NCBI RefSeq assembly: GCF_018977255.1 | Contig: NW_024704762.1 | Span: forward strand, 6,634,001-6,698,000 | DNA from: Callorhinchus milii | Lineage: Eukaryota | Length of the DNA: 64,000 nucleotides | Direction of reading: 5' to 3' | Shown here: positions 39,901 to 58,885 of the stretch, piece by piece | How positions within the stretch are numbered: the stretch's first letter is position 1 | How the letters are laid out: each line of letters starts with the position of its first letter | Notes under the pieces: model-generated | What the model was told of the DNA's origin: nothing | Seen by the model: the letters and a program-made list of their open reading frames with translations, nothing else | Database searches by the model: none | Position numbers and translations under genes: made by a program

Positions 39901-42900
39901 AGAGGAAACCAAGCCATGGACATTTCTACTTTTTTCATTTTGCCATCATTTCATATCCTCCAAGACAAAGTCTAAATTCAATCCTCTTATTACTCCGAAA
40001 TGCAGAGCCTGCTTATTATGGCGAGGGAGCTCACAATCCTGTTTTATTTAATTAGGATTGGATCTGAGTAGCTCTTGTTCAAGTGGTAAGACATGAACCA
40101 ACAACACACAATGAGCAGGAAATGATTCAGTGACAACCTGATGACTTGTAATAGGTCCTGGATACAACCTGTACTATGGATCCACGCTTTAAATGGGACA
40201 CAAGTATATCGAAGCGGACTATAATGACATTCCCTTGTATTAGAGATTTAAAAGCAATGTTTATAGTCACATTCCCAATTCAGCAATGGATACGGGGATT
40301 CCAACAGTTGGTCAATGGGCTAGCTGTTCCTCCTCACCTTTGCGTCCCACACCATTTCTGGCCCAGTCATCTGCCTTCAGATTCAGTGGCTTAGATGCTC
40401 TCACAACAATATGTTGCATATCACGCCAAGTTAGTGTAGGGCTATAGAAACACAGAGAATTCCAAGATATCAGCATTATTGCAGGGTCGATTTATTGCAA
40501 TGTTTTTCAAAAGCTGAAATAATTGAAAGACTTAAAGCCAACGAGCAGTGGTTAATATTTCTTGTGGATGCAAACTGTATTCAAGAAATTATACATTAAA
40601 AATGTAATCCGAATGAAGAGAGGCAACGCAAAAGCATTGTAATGTTAACTGAAACTAATTACATAGAAATCAGAGCAAGCAGAGATATTGGGCTTGATAT
40701 TGTGACTGCTTGCACTGCAGAAATCATTTCCCTGCACTTAGTAACATTTACTTAGCTTCCAATGCAAGAGCTATTATCCCCGCTGCTAGCGGTGCTGAAG
40801 CAGATGTTCCGGTGTGGTTCTCCGTGCATCGTAAACGGAGGTCTGTAGTCACCTAAAGAGAGTGACAACATTAAATTAAAAAGGTTTCCAGCAAATGAAC
40901 CAACATGTGGTAGCCATTAAATTGTTCATTGTAAGCATTTGCTTGCAGCTCATCACAAGATCAGTTTGGTGGCAATTCAGTTTCTGCTCACGCAGCCACT
41001 TCCACGTACCTCGAGGAGTTTATCCAACACCTAAAACTGCTCATTTTATACCAGATTCATCGTATGTGCCTTAAATATATGCCTTAAGTATAGTAACAAT
41101 TTTCTTACAATCTGTCTTTCTACTCTGGTCCCACTACTGTAAGTGGCAGTCAGGGTTGAAGAGCAGGCCTCGCTGTACCACGGGACATTTCCCAGTTCAG
41201 TTGTGCTCCCCACAGACAGCGTGTAGATACTGTTGGTATAACCATCACAGTTACAGTTATCATACTGGAAGCCTCCATTACCAGATGCCCAGACGAAGAT
41301 AGAACCAAGGCCACCTCGACCCTAAGAAACAACAAGTGGAAATAACTTACTCATGGATTAATTCACCAGTCCCCTCGATGCCCGTTCTTCCAAAGACAAC
41401 TTCCATTTTTTTTTAAATTGTATTTTGAGTTACTGTATTTTACTGTTAACTACCTTATTGTTAATTCACCTTATTTTAATTGTGAATCATGTAATATATC
41501 CTTGCATTTGATATAGCGCCTTATTACGTCTTCGAGATGTCTCAAAGCGCTTCACAGGATATACTGTAAAGCAAATTGACTGTATATTTTGTGGGCAAAA
41601 TGTAAGTGTAGACTGTGGAATAGGATTTCATATTTTGCCTACTATGTGAAATAAACTATGTTTATTAACTATATCTTAGCTTACATTTGTAATACCCCTG
41701 AGGAATGCCTGAGTTGCCAGCAGTCCTGGTCCTTCCACAGTCTTCCCATTGTCTTCAGGGCCCCAGCTGGCACTATAGATATGAATGTGCTGAGGGTTAA
41801 GGCTGAGAGATCGAGCCTCCACTATGTCAGTGATCTCACCATCAAGCATCCTAACTCCTGCAGTCAGAAAACAAAGTGGGATTTCCTGGAACGGCAGCTT
41901 TCCTCTTATCAGGACCTGTAGAATCCTCAAAGCAGATGTACAGCAACAATTTTCTCCCCAAAAGCATAGCACGGTCAGTATTAAGTCATCTACTTTCAGA
42001 GAACCGACACATGCACAATGGGACGACTGGCCACCTTCTGTGCAATAAGATTCTATGATTATCTTAATTCTCCTACTTAATAAATGCCAAACATTCCAGG
42101 AAAGAGGATAGGTTATATACTAATAATCCTTGCATCTGATATAGTGCCTTGCACATTGTCTCAAAGCGCTTCCCAGGATATACTGTAAAGTGGATTGACT
42201 GTATTATGTGAGCAAATCTAAAGGATACTGCAAATGACATGAGTATTTTCATTGCACAATCCTCAGCTTTTTGGTACAGTACAAGTGGATATCTTACCAC
42301 CTATCTTGGCATTGAACGCTACACCAACTCCACATATGTTGTTGGCTACAGCAGCCACTTCGCCTGCACAACGAGTTCCATGTCTGTTAAACAGAATAAA
42401 TAGGATGACTTCCAAGATCACAGTTGCTCAGTTTGACATTTGTATTACAATGACCAGAATATTATTAAGTAATTAGAATATAGGCAGACCCAGTCGCTTA
42501 ACGAGTTGAGTCCTCCAAGGTTTGGTAGTCTTATTAAATGTTGAGGGCAATGCAACATTATCATTTCCCTATCTCCCCGTGCCCAAGTTATTGATTCCAG
42601 TAAAAATCATTCCACATGATTGAACTCTTCCTGCATTACTGCATCCTCTGCATTTATTGCAAACTCAATTGAAAATCATAAACGTCTAAAAGCAATACAT
42701 TTAAGTCTAATGAACTCACCGATTTTCATCATTAAAGTTATATCTGGGCTGTGGGTCAGGATCATTGTCGTTGATATCAAAGCTTGCACTGGGGTCCTGC
42801 AAACAAAATGAAACCTAATAAACAAAATAAAGAGAGGAATGGTACTGAAGTATGCTTATGCAATTGCAAGTGTTCAACTAATTTTCAATGCGACACAAAT

Positions 42901-45561
42901 AGCTTCAGCTTTTTCAGAAAGTTGGCTGGTGGAAAAGACTAACTAAGGCTGGTCAGAAATTCAGTGGTACTGCACCCTTTGGATCAGTGAGTAACAGTTC
43001 CTGAAGAGCTATAAAGAAAACAGTAATATCATACTACAACCAGCAAAATGCAATCTCATCCGGTTTGATTTCATCCATACTGTGGAATGCTTCCCGCACT
43101 TGCTCCGAGAGCCGGTGCAGACTTGAAGGGCTGAATAGCTTCCTTCAGTCCTGTAAATTTCTACGATTCTATAACTCTTATCGGTCTGTAAAGCAGAATC
43201 ATCTAAATGGGAAAGCAAATCTCTTGTATTCAATTGTGTAATTGGCACAAGAACTACTATGTTTGTAGATAGATTAGTAAGTAACAATTAGTAGTAATAT
43301 GTTTCCACTCGATTTGCTGGCTATAAGATCCTATGTGAAACACTTTTGGATATTGCACGTGCAGTAGAAGATTCTGTTCAAAAACCAGAGAATAACACTT
43401 TGCATTCTAATTATTAATACAATGTTCTAAGTGGAATTTCAAACCTAGTGCTAAAATGCTGCTGATTTTTCTTGATTGTCAAAAATTTAACCAACTAACA
43501 CATTATCTTTTCTCATGATTGGCCAGACCTTGTTAAAATGAGTCATAATGGAAACGCTAACAGTAAGAACCACACTGAAGAAAGTGTGATCGCCATATCC
43601 TTCCATTGCTCTTTATATGGAATCAGCACCTTGGCACGTCTGCCTGGTGTGAAAGGCGATATATAAATGTAAAGTTTTATTGTATTGAACTTCTCTCTCA
43701 GTAACGGTTACTTACATAATTTGCAGCCAAATCCGGATGGTTCTTCTCTATCCCATCATCCAAAATGCTGACCACAATCCCCTTGCCCGTGTAACCCCGT
43801 TTCCAGGCAGACAGCACATTCAGGTCATTGGGAATTTCATTGTTCTGAATAACAAAGTAGCACTAGCTGTAATACAAACGGCTGCAAAACAATGAGGAAT
43901 AAATATCTAAACCAAAACTAATTTTACCACACAACAATCCCTTAGGCAAGCAGAGAGTATGGTGTATCTTTTACAAGTGAAGACAGTATTTCACACCAAT
44001 TATTCTGCAGCTGATTTATTTAAACATCACAGGAATTAGGTAGTCACGGATTCAAAACTGCAAGTCGTGCCATTGTATAAATGTCCATAATGATCTAATG
44101 ATCTGTCTCATCATCAGCGACCAGAGCTTTAAACGATTATCCAGCCCAAATACAATCCGAGACAACAGCGAAACCAACAACGATCTAAGGGTAAAACCCC
44201 CAATGTGCATCGTATGCTTACCAAGTACCACTGCTTACGATATAAAGGATCTGAAGGAATGACAAATGCACGCTTCTGCCGTCTTTTCACTGCTTGCTGC
44301 TCCAGCCACTGAACCTGAAGTGGCAGAAAGTAATATCGACAACTTGCATTGATATAGCACCACTCACACAGGGCAGAGTTCCAGTACTTTTAGACCCGAC
44401 AGTATAGAGGTTCAAGACCCCCCATTGGGTCTTTGAATTCGTAAAGTATTGGCTGACACCCCTGTGCAGTGTTGGGAGGACACCCTTCTTGTGTACTCAA
44501 TTGGTTAGGTACGACTTATCCACACTACCACTTCATTTACCTTGGGCTCCCTTTCAAGAAGCTTGTGTCGCATTTGGTGTGGATTAAGGGATCGCTTGAC
44601 CACGCTTTCGTGTCTAAAGTAGTAATATTCTCCATCGTCAAATACCTGCGAAACAAAAGCAGACTCTTGACACAGCTTTTAAGACACCGCTCCCGGAACG
44701 GCGCAAGAATTAGTTCGTCTGGTACCCGGTTTCCTTTACAGTCTCCGTTCCTCTTATCGGTCGCGATGCCACAAGAGGTGCGGACCTCAAAGAAGATATC
44801 TCACAAAAGCCACAATAATTTTCGGGATCCAATATATAAAAAAAAGTGGAGCTGATGGGGGTGGGTGGGTGGTGGTGGTGGGGGGGTGGGGGGGTGGGTG
44901 GTGGTGGTGGTGGGGGGGAAAGAAACACAGACCAAGTGGAAAAGTGGCGATGAAATGGAGATGTTGCTGATGAGAAGTCGACTCGCGGGGCACACGTTAA
45001 CGTCAGGGGGTCCCCTAAGTGAAACGGTTTCAAATCCCGAGCGAGTTATGATCGATGATACTCGAAAGCCTCCATCGAAGTCACTGTCTTGGGGTGTGAG
45101 GGAGGGTCTGAGGGAGGGAGGGATGGAGGGAAGGAGGGTCTGAGGGAGGGGGGGAGGGTGTGAGGGAGGGAGGGAGGGTGTGAGGGAGGGGGGGGGATGG
45201 ATGGCTCCCAAATGACTCGGGACTGCAAACGGCCGTGAACGTGGCCCCCAACGCAACGGAAACGTGCACTACTATAACAGCCACACGACGGCGTACAAGT
45301 GAGTAAAAAAAGGTAAGACGGGAGCAGAGCTTATCGGTGCCCGGTCTGACCCCCCCTCTGGCCTCTCGGAGCCCCTACCCGTCCCAAGTGTGTGAAGCCG
45401 TGTTTCTGGGCGATCCTCCGGGCGGCCTGGGCCCCTCCGGCCAGTCGCACGGCCCACGTGTTGGTGTAGACCGCGCCGCCGCCATTAGCCAGGCTCAGGA
45501 ACAACAACAACAGCAGCAGCAGCGGCGGCCGCCGCCGCCACCACCACCACCGCCGCCTCAT
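33949..45561 (-). CDS. PCSK4: Proprotein convertase subtilisin/kexin type 4 (furin-like), 15 coding exons, 783 aa
   Basis: Exons (-): 45561-45379, 44645-44541, 44314-44222, 43844-43716, 42796-42720, 42383-42298, 41857-41685, 41321-41109, 40852-40752, 40441-40338, 39839-39722, 39359-39177, 38717-38593, 37817-37698, 34490-33949 (2352 nt, in frame). Features: signal peptide, YTNTWAV prodomain, RRQKR cleavage site, ILDDGIE (Asp), [11 protein letters not shown] (His), [18 protein letters not shown] (Ser), RRGDL P-domain, Cys-rich region, TM. PCSK4 rather than FURIN is inferred from the head-to-head REEP6 and nearby C19orf25. Confidence 0.92.
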
Positions 45562-47075
45562 CCCGGCCCGTCGTCGTGTCGGTCCGGCCTCAGCCTCAGC
45601 CTCGCCCGAGCGGCCGCCGCCGCATCGTATCCACGAGGTGAGACCAAAGCCGCGAACTGGCTGCCGCTCGAGAGGCGAGTGTCGCCGCGCCGCGCCCCCC
45701 CGCTCCGCCGACTTGGCTTCAATGGCGACGTCCCCCCCCTTCCTTCACCGCCCGCTCCGCTCCGCCGCTGCAACCGCCGCCCCGTGTTATGATTCAAGTC
45801 CGGCGCCGCTGCCTCCGGAGACCGCCGAGCGAGGGGAGCCGAGTCCGGCCGAGCGGGGGAGCCGAGCGAGTGGAGCCGAGTCCGGCCGAGCGGGGAGCCG
45901 AGCGGGAGCCGAGTCCGGCCGAGCGGGGAGCCGAGCGGGAGCCGAGTCCGGCCGAGCGGGGGAGCCGAGCGAGGGGAGCCGAGTTCGGCCGAGCGGGGAG
46001 CCGAGCGGGAGCCGAGTCCGGCCGAGCGGGGAGCCGAGCGGGAGCCGAGTCCGGCCGAGCGGGGGAGCCGAGCGAGGGGAGCCGAGTCCGGCCGAGCGGG
46101 GGAGCCGAGCGGGGGGAGCCGAGTCCGGCCGAGCGAGGGGGAGCCGAGTCCGGCCGAGCGAGAGGGAGCCGAGTCCGGCCGAGCGAGAGGGAGCCGAGTC
46201 CGGCCGAGCGCGTCACCACCTGGGGCCGCGTGCCGCTCACACCGGGGCCCCGATCGCTGCCGAGGCTGCATCGACACGGCGGTCGGCGCTGAAGCTATAA
46301 CCAGGCGCCGCCGCCGCTCACACCCACCATTGAACCTGCAAACCAGCCACGCTGCACGGGTTTTGAAGCCACCAGCTCCGAGGCGTTCGGCGTTGCGGGC
46401 ACCTCGTTGCGTGTAAAAATGCGAGCCGCGCGCGCGCGCGTGGCATTGCCCTCGGCCACTCCAGTCCAGTGCGTGGGCTGCAAACGTGCGAGACTCCCAC
46501 GTTAACGCTCTCTCTCTCTCTCTCTCTCTCTCGCTTTCTCTCTGAATTCCTGCCGAAGGTAACGGCACCGCCGTCCCGCAACCCCACTGCGGTGGTGGTG
46601 CAGAATCGGGGCGTGCAATGTCACAATCGGGCGCTTTTGGTTGTGTTACGCGCGCTGCAGCACCGACAAATAAATTGCTGCAACCGAGGTTCGCGTCGGG
46701 AATCTTTCCTCCTCCTTTTCTGACCCTAATTAAACCCGGTGTTACCGCCGCTGCTATTACACACACAGACACACACACACACACACAAGGACCAGGTGGT
46801 ACTTCCGGATCCTCCTCTCCAGCCCACGCCGTGCGCAGACGTGGTGAGCAAAGCCGATTGAGTAAAAGGGCAAAGTCAGCAGTTTTTTTTTTGGGGGGTG
46901 TGTGTGTGTCTGTGTGTGTGGGATCAGAGTCGACAGCTCGGACTTGGGGAGAAGAGGACGTGCTATTTTTTTTTATTTTATTAATAAGGAGCTGAGGGGG
47001 TGGAGGAGGGGGGACGGACGAGCGATCGACGCAGAAGTCGAGAAGGTGAAGATACTTTCGCTCTTGAAAAGAAAC
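45562..47075. promoter_or_regulatory. CpG-island bidirectional promoter shared by PCSK4 and REEP6
   Basis: Divergent start codons ~1.5 kb apart, CpG-dense sequence, ETS/GABP-type ACTTCCGG at 46801-46808. The same head-to-head arrangement is known in human. Confidence 0.7.
45824..46210. repeat. GC-rich minisatellite (gagccgagtccggccgagcgg core, ~12 copies, 25-37-bp units)
   Basis: Tandem core visible directly; it lies within the CpG island between the PCSK4 and REEP6 start codons. Confidence 0.9.
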
Positions 47076-52842
<5,767 letters not shown>

Positions 52843-55043
52843 GGACTTCAGAGGATCATCTGTGATATCGCGTCGGCCCCTCCCTTCTCAGGCATTAAAT
52901 GATGTGTAGTAGAATCATCAACCCTCTGAACTGCTGAGAAGCATTTCTTTAACAGTGTTGGGATTGACTTTATATCTCCCATATAAATCTGCCACATGTA
53001 GCACCTCCAGAGACTTAAATCATGTGGAATCTAAAATAAGTATATTTAGATTATAATTGAGTCTAAATTATTTAGATGATAAATGATTTGCTGGTCTGAG
53101 CTTGAACTTTTTTAATGCCCAGATAAGTGTAATTACAATCAGTTTCATAATCTGAAGTTTACTGTAGGCTTGTTGTACCAGCTGATAGTTATGGGAATAT
53201 ATTTTAATTGACTAGAAATGGATCCGAGTCCAACTATTTCCCCTCTTTGCTCTCCACACCACTTTAATCTCCTCATTCCATTCTTGGATCTCATTAAAGA
53301 TCACCTGGCACTGTTCAAAATAAATTCTCAGCATCTTAGACAACAACCATCAGATTTTAAAAAAAATCCTCACCCAGTTGTGAGTGCAAATTAATTGATT
53401 GCTGCATTCGCAATCCTGGCAATTCAGACTCTTAAAACTTGCTTTTTTGAAGGAATGGTAAAACAGGAGGTGAATTAGTTTGGTGTCTGGAACAAGAAAA
53501 ATCAGTTCCATTTAATTCACATTTCTAGTGCCTGTAGCTACAGTATATTGGCAAAATATTCTTGATGTATAAAATCTTTGAATGAATTAGAGTTGCATTA
53601 AATATGTATATTGGAGTTAGATATCAAGACTGACTTAGTCTTTTCAAGTCTGCTTTTGAGTTTGAAATCTGGTTAGAGGTGCTGTTACATAGTGATGCAG
53701 TTCAGAGGAACCTGTCTGGTTCGGCAAATATAATGTCATCAACACAAGTTGGTGAATTGTGATGCAAATGTTTATAGATTCTTAATTTTAAAATTGTAGT
53801 GTATGAAATTAGAAAATTTGTAACCTTTTGTAATTTACAAATGTACGGGGATTTTCAGAAATTTCAGATCTACTTTGGTTATCAAATTCTAAACTGAATA
53901 ATCAATCTGATACATTGGCTCACTGGTCTAATTAGCCAAACAGCTAGTTGGTGCAAGACAGTTTTTTTTGACTTGATGACATTCTCCACAAAATCAGAAT
54001 GGAGGCTTGTGATGACTTTGGTCCCCTGGTGCAACTTACTACTGTCTTCTGTTGCTTCCCATTACCAACTCTGAATTACTTTTTGTCCCCTCAATATCCT
54101 TATTGTGGATCTCATTCTGAATGCTTTTTGTATTTTATTTTGCACAAATAATTTTCACCTACCTTATTACAACAATAATTTAACTAATTATATTCCAATT
54201 ATACACTGTTTAAATTGGGTATCCTATTCCAGTTGGGCTGACTCTTTTAGAAAGGACAGCAGAGGAGAGAGTATTCTATATTGTGTTTTGGGGATAAAAT
54301 GTTGAACAACAAAGACATCAATGACTGACAACGTGGCCAGATTGTGATGTGATAGCTTACTCTGTAATTTATTTTGACTTGGGATTGCATCGCATTAAAG
54401 GTCTGAGTTTTTCTAATGTGCATCTAAGAAAATTTGATGTGAAGTAAATCCTTGTAGATTAAATGATTTTCCTCAATAAAAATACTAAACCTTCCCCTGT
54501 CCCTTTTTTTATATACCTGCACTGTATTTATTTTCTAAACACCTGCCAATAATATTCAACCATTTGTGGGTTTTTTTTCCATTTCATAAATGCAATCTTA
54601 GCCAGGTTAGTGGCCGAAGAGCTTATCCCCTCCTAAATCATTAGCCCAGGATTACCTGCTCGCACCTGTCAACCAATGTTCTCCACTCTCTGGTTCTACT
54701 GTACTACTGCCTTGGGACATCCTCTTGATGTGAAGGGCGCTATATACAAATGTTATTGTACTACTTGGGACTCGTTTAAAAGAAGGAATCTAAATTTCAG
54801 AATTCAGTTTTTAATTCTATTTGTGAGGCCATTTGTGGATCATTAACACCTTTGCCCAGGTACACTTTGTAAAATTAATAGTCCTAATGCACTTTTAATG
54901 CAAAGTGGTAACTAAATCTCAAAATTGACTGCATAAATCCTTCTATGATGTCACCATAATTATCTTGCAGCCTGGTAACCTTTCCAGCACCTGCTGCAGA
55001 GATGCCTCAAAAGTTGATTGGAAATTATTCTAAATGAAGAGTA

Positions 55044-57786
55044 ATGTCAGTGTCCGTGTTCAGATTTTTTCAAATATTATTCTTCATGTTTGTGCTGTGT
55101 TCTATGCTTCTATACGCAGTATCCTTGCTTCCATTGTTCAATTCAATTATCTTTCTCTACCCAGCCTACCTCTCGTAAGTATTACCTGCCTTACTTATCT
55201 GCCTTTTTGGGGAAGTAGAACAAAGCTTTAAAGCAACTGAAATGTATGCACTGTAATCAAATAGAGGTGAAGAATTGTTCAAGGAAGATGAGACTTTCCT
55301 ACGAAAGTGGATAAGAGTAGTGTACAACTCTGATCAGAGGTTAAATAGTCCTCAGTATTTTGAAAGCTGAATTTATTCTTTAGCACTTGTAAGAGCTTTC
55401 AGAACATGTATAAACAGAAATGTTGTAGAATATTAATTGGGCTTTGTACCTCTTCTTCATATGTACATAGTGGAACCTTTTCTGGAATGTTTGCATAATA
55501 CCTAGAGCTTTATATATTCTGTAACTTAAAGAAACTATAATCTATTCTCAATCCAAAAACAGTTAATATTTCCCACAGCTGCAGTAAACTGCATCCCACA
55601 GTAGTCTGTTCAAAGAATCATTTGAAATAATTTCTGCATGCACTGTGAGATACTGATCCTTGCAGACTGGGGACTCCTCCTGGAGTCTTTAGAAATCCTG
55701 GTCTAAGTCTAATTACCAGATCTTAGCCAAAGCAATTGTAGGAGTGCTTCATCTGACGTTCTATGTGCAATTCACCAATGAGGGAACCACCCAGGCCCTA
55801 AAGGGAGTTCAGATGAGAATAATGAGGACGATCCTCAGTGTTAGGATGAGAAATGATTAGATGGGGTTTTTCAGCCTTGAGTTACTCTCAAAAGGGAGCC
55901 TTATACAAGTATATGAGATGCAAAGGATTGAGAACGTAAACAAAGATGATACTTTCAGATATGCCCAGGTCAAGAAGGCACAGGTTGAGGTTTATTCAGG
56001 GCATATTAAAGACTGACACTTTCAAGTATTTTCTTTAAATAAGAGGGTAAGTAATAACTGGAGTAGATCACCTGGAAAAGTGGCTGAGGGGCTCTGGGTT
56101 GCTCAACTCAATTAAGAAATGCCTTGATGCTTTAAGGTGGCAGGGTGGGAATTCTATCATCTGAATCACTTTTGTGATCGACTTCGCAATCCATGGAAGA
56201 GAAGAAAATTATTCAGAGTTCTTGCTCCTGATCACTATTCACGGTTTCCTAGAAAGAGAATGTGTAAGGTGGCCAGGTGAGACTGTCGCACATAAAGATG
56301 AGGTGGCGTAGGGCCCATGGAACCATACTGCAACACAAGTTAGTGCCATCATGAGGGGAGGGAGTAAGATGGAAACAATTAAATGGTTTTAGTTCACCTT
56401 CATTTTTATTGGATAATTTATACAAACTTTATTACTTCCTTCAGAGTCCTGGCTATTGAAAATGAAAATAAAGAAGAAAAAATGAAGTGGTTGATGTATT
56501 GGGTGATATATGCATCATTTGGTACAGCAGAACGCTTGACAGGAATCTTTCTCTACGTGCTCCCTGGTTATCACAGATTGAAAGTATGTGATGGATTTAA
56601 TATCTATCTTGTTATTGCTTAATTTGGTGGATACAGGAAAATAAATCCAAATGTTCAAAACATAGCAGCTTAATCTTGAGTAACTTTAAAGTAACAGCTT
56701 AATGAAACCTCACTGCTAGTCTGTTCTTTTACCCTACAGAGTCTATTCTTGCTGTGGTGCATGGCACCAGTAGATTGGAATGGTTCAAGGATAATTTACT
56801 TCAATGTAATCCGACCTATATTTCTCATGCATTGGCAAGAAGAGAAGTTAGATGAGAAATCACAGGAGCCATTAGAGAATGCAAAGAAGCAAGGTACATT
56901 ACTCTAAGCAGAAGAAAGAAGGAAGATAATATGTTAGATTGGGTTTTGCCCATAAAATATACAGTCAATTCACTTTACAGTATACTTTGAAGTGCTTTGT
57001 GGCTAACTGACCCTAAAAACCCTAGAATATAAAAAATACACACCTGTCCAGATACTCTGGCTGCCATATTTCCAAAGAATGTTTTTGAACTGTCCCAGGG
57101 CACTATAGCACAGTGGATTGACAGCCTGAACAATGTTTAGCAGCGAGGTTAGGGCATAGTCTGCTGACAATAACTATCCAGATTTACACATGATAAAATG
57201 TTGGTTGGTTGAAGTATCCAGAAAACTGCTGGAGACATGAAACCAAATACAATGATAGTCAGCAATGCAGCCGAAAAAATAACAGTAAATTGTGTTGGAT
57301 ACTACAATGTCTTTTGTTACAACAATTTACTAGGCAGTCAATGGCAGAGAAGACTGTAGTGTAAGATTTCTTTGACTAACAATTTTGTTCTCATTTCAGT
57401 GCCCCAGAAAACAAACACATTCACACCACCCACAAAAAGTAAGTAAACAGATAGGTAAGACCTTGATTCGCCAATACATCACTCCTGTACTGCACTGGAG
57501 TATCAACCTAGACTCAACTCAATTCCAACGTAGATACTTCAAAACCTTTTTTTATTTCCTCCATTATTTCTGCTCTTTATATTTCTATATTTTTTCTATT
57601 TACATTTCTGGTTTCAGCAGTTTTATTTTAACTGTTAATAACAATGAATCCTTCTGTGATCGGTCTTGTGTGCGTTTTCTAGCTCTGATTTTTTTTTTAA
57701 AAAAAAGCTTTTAACAATGGTCTTTCTGTATTTCAGCGAACAAAAAACTGCTGAATACACTGAGTAAAAAATCAAAGAAAAAGTGA
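55044..57786 (+). CDS. Diverged tandem REEP6-like duplicate, 5 exons, 170 aa
   Basis: Exons 55044-55174, 56445-56583, 56740-56893, 57400-57438, 57737-57786 join in frame: ...[30 protein letters not shown]...[29 protein letters not shown]...SKKSKKK*. The splice positions and 139-nt exon match REEP6. The start codon and last two exons are less certain. Confidence 0.8.
55862..56200 (+). mobile_element. Old CR1-clade LINE 3' remnant in the REEP6-like intron
   Basis: Decayed translation resembles the CR1 ORF2 end (FSLE...GxLIQVY...RHRL...KYFL..RV..NW..SP.KVAE...SIKKCLD). Confidence 0.6.
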
Positions 57787-58204
57787 GCATCTCAAAAGTG
57801 AATGACCCAACTGTGAAATTGAGCCCTTCCCTGCCAGTGTGAGGACCACATATGATACAATATAAAACCTTTACACTGTCTACCAAAATAACTTGCTTGA
57901 AGTGTATTTTTTTTAACAAAAATATGAAGAACTTACTAAATTTACAAACTGTTTGAACAACTGAGATTATAGAGCAGCGGTTCTGCAGCAAGCTCATACC
58001 GCTAGAGGATAACAGAATAGATGAGCAGTCACACACCGAAACGAGTGACACTCAGATCTAAAACTCAGGAATTTTTCTTTAGAGGGATTCCCGAATAAGG
58101 ACTCAGAATGGGGATTTCTTCAGGTAACTCGGAGCAGAGTTCCTCTCAGATTTGCCGGAAGGAGTCTCTGTTTATGATCCTGTGCCTTTATGAGGAATTC
58201 TGTA

Positions 58205-58525
58205 AGTAATTGGGGCAAAACCTTAGGCAGGTTAACCTTACTCCACATACAGCCCTCTGTTTACCCAGCACTGGTAGACCGGGCTTGTCAGTCGATTGGT
58301 GGATCTCTTTCCAAGGGTAATAATCCCACCAAAAAAAAATATAATAATTCGGTCACTCGATCCACGAATGTCTGTGGGGCACCGCTGTGTGCAATTGGCT
58401 GCCGTGTTTTGGCCACAAAATGCAGTCACTACACTTTGCAGCGTAGCCTGTGAAGTGCTTTGAGACGTCTCGGCGTCGCGATAAGGTGCTACAGCAAATG
58501 CAAGGCTTATGATTATGATTATTAT
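58205..58525 (+). mobile_element. SINE copy
   Basis: Central domain (ccttactccac...ggtggatc...aataatccc) and family tail (tgaagtgctttgagacgtctc...caaatgcaagg). Confidence 0.8.
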
Positions 58526-58885
58526 CAACATAGGCCTCGAGCCCACACACAACCTTCCGACCCCGAAGGCTGTCAACAAGTCTTCCCGTCTGAACAGCTT
58601 TTCAAGTTAATCCCTCTCAGAAATGTTTTCGGCGGCAGCGGGGAGTTCAGGAACGCCTCACAGCATATTCCGCTGACCAGGGCTTTCCTAAAATATTTAT
58701 ATTTCTTTTTTAAAAAAAAAGGCATAACTGACCAGGTGTTAGCGCCGCCGCCCGAACCTCCACCTCACGATCCGTTCCCGCCAAGTGGCACTGCGCATGT
58801 GTGTGTCCTGAAGCCTCTCCCCCCCCCACCACCCACCACCCACAAACCCCCGCGCAGCGCGAGCGCCTCCGCGGTACGGGGCGGG

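Noticed and set aside
33949-45561. FURIN as the identity of the convertase
   Set aside because: Head-to-head REEP6 and nearby C19orf25 match PCSK4 synteny, and the tail lacks furin's YKGL and SDSEEDE motifs.
45558-46784. 408-aa and related ORFs upstream of PCSK4
   Set aside because: Products of a CpG island and minisatellite lacking stop codons.
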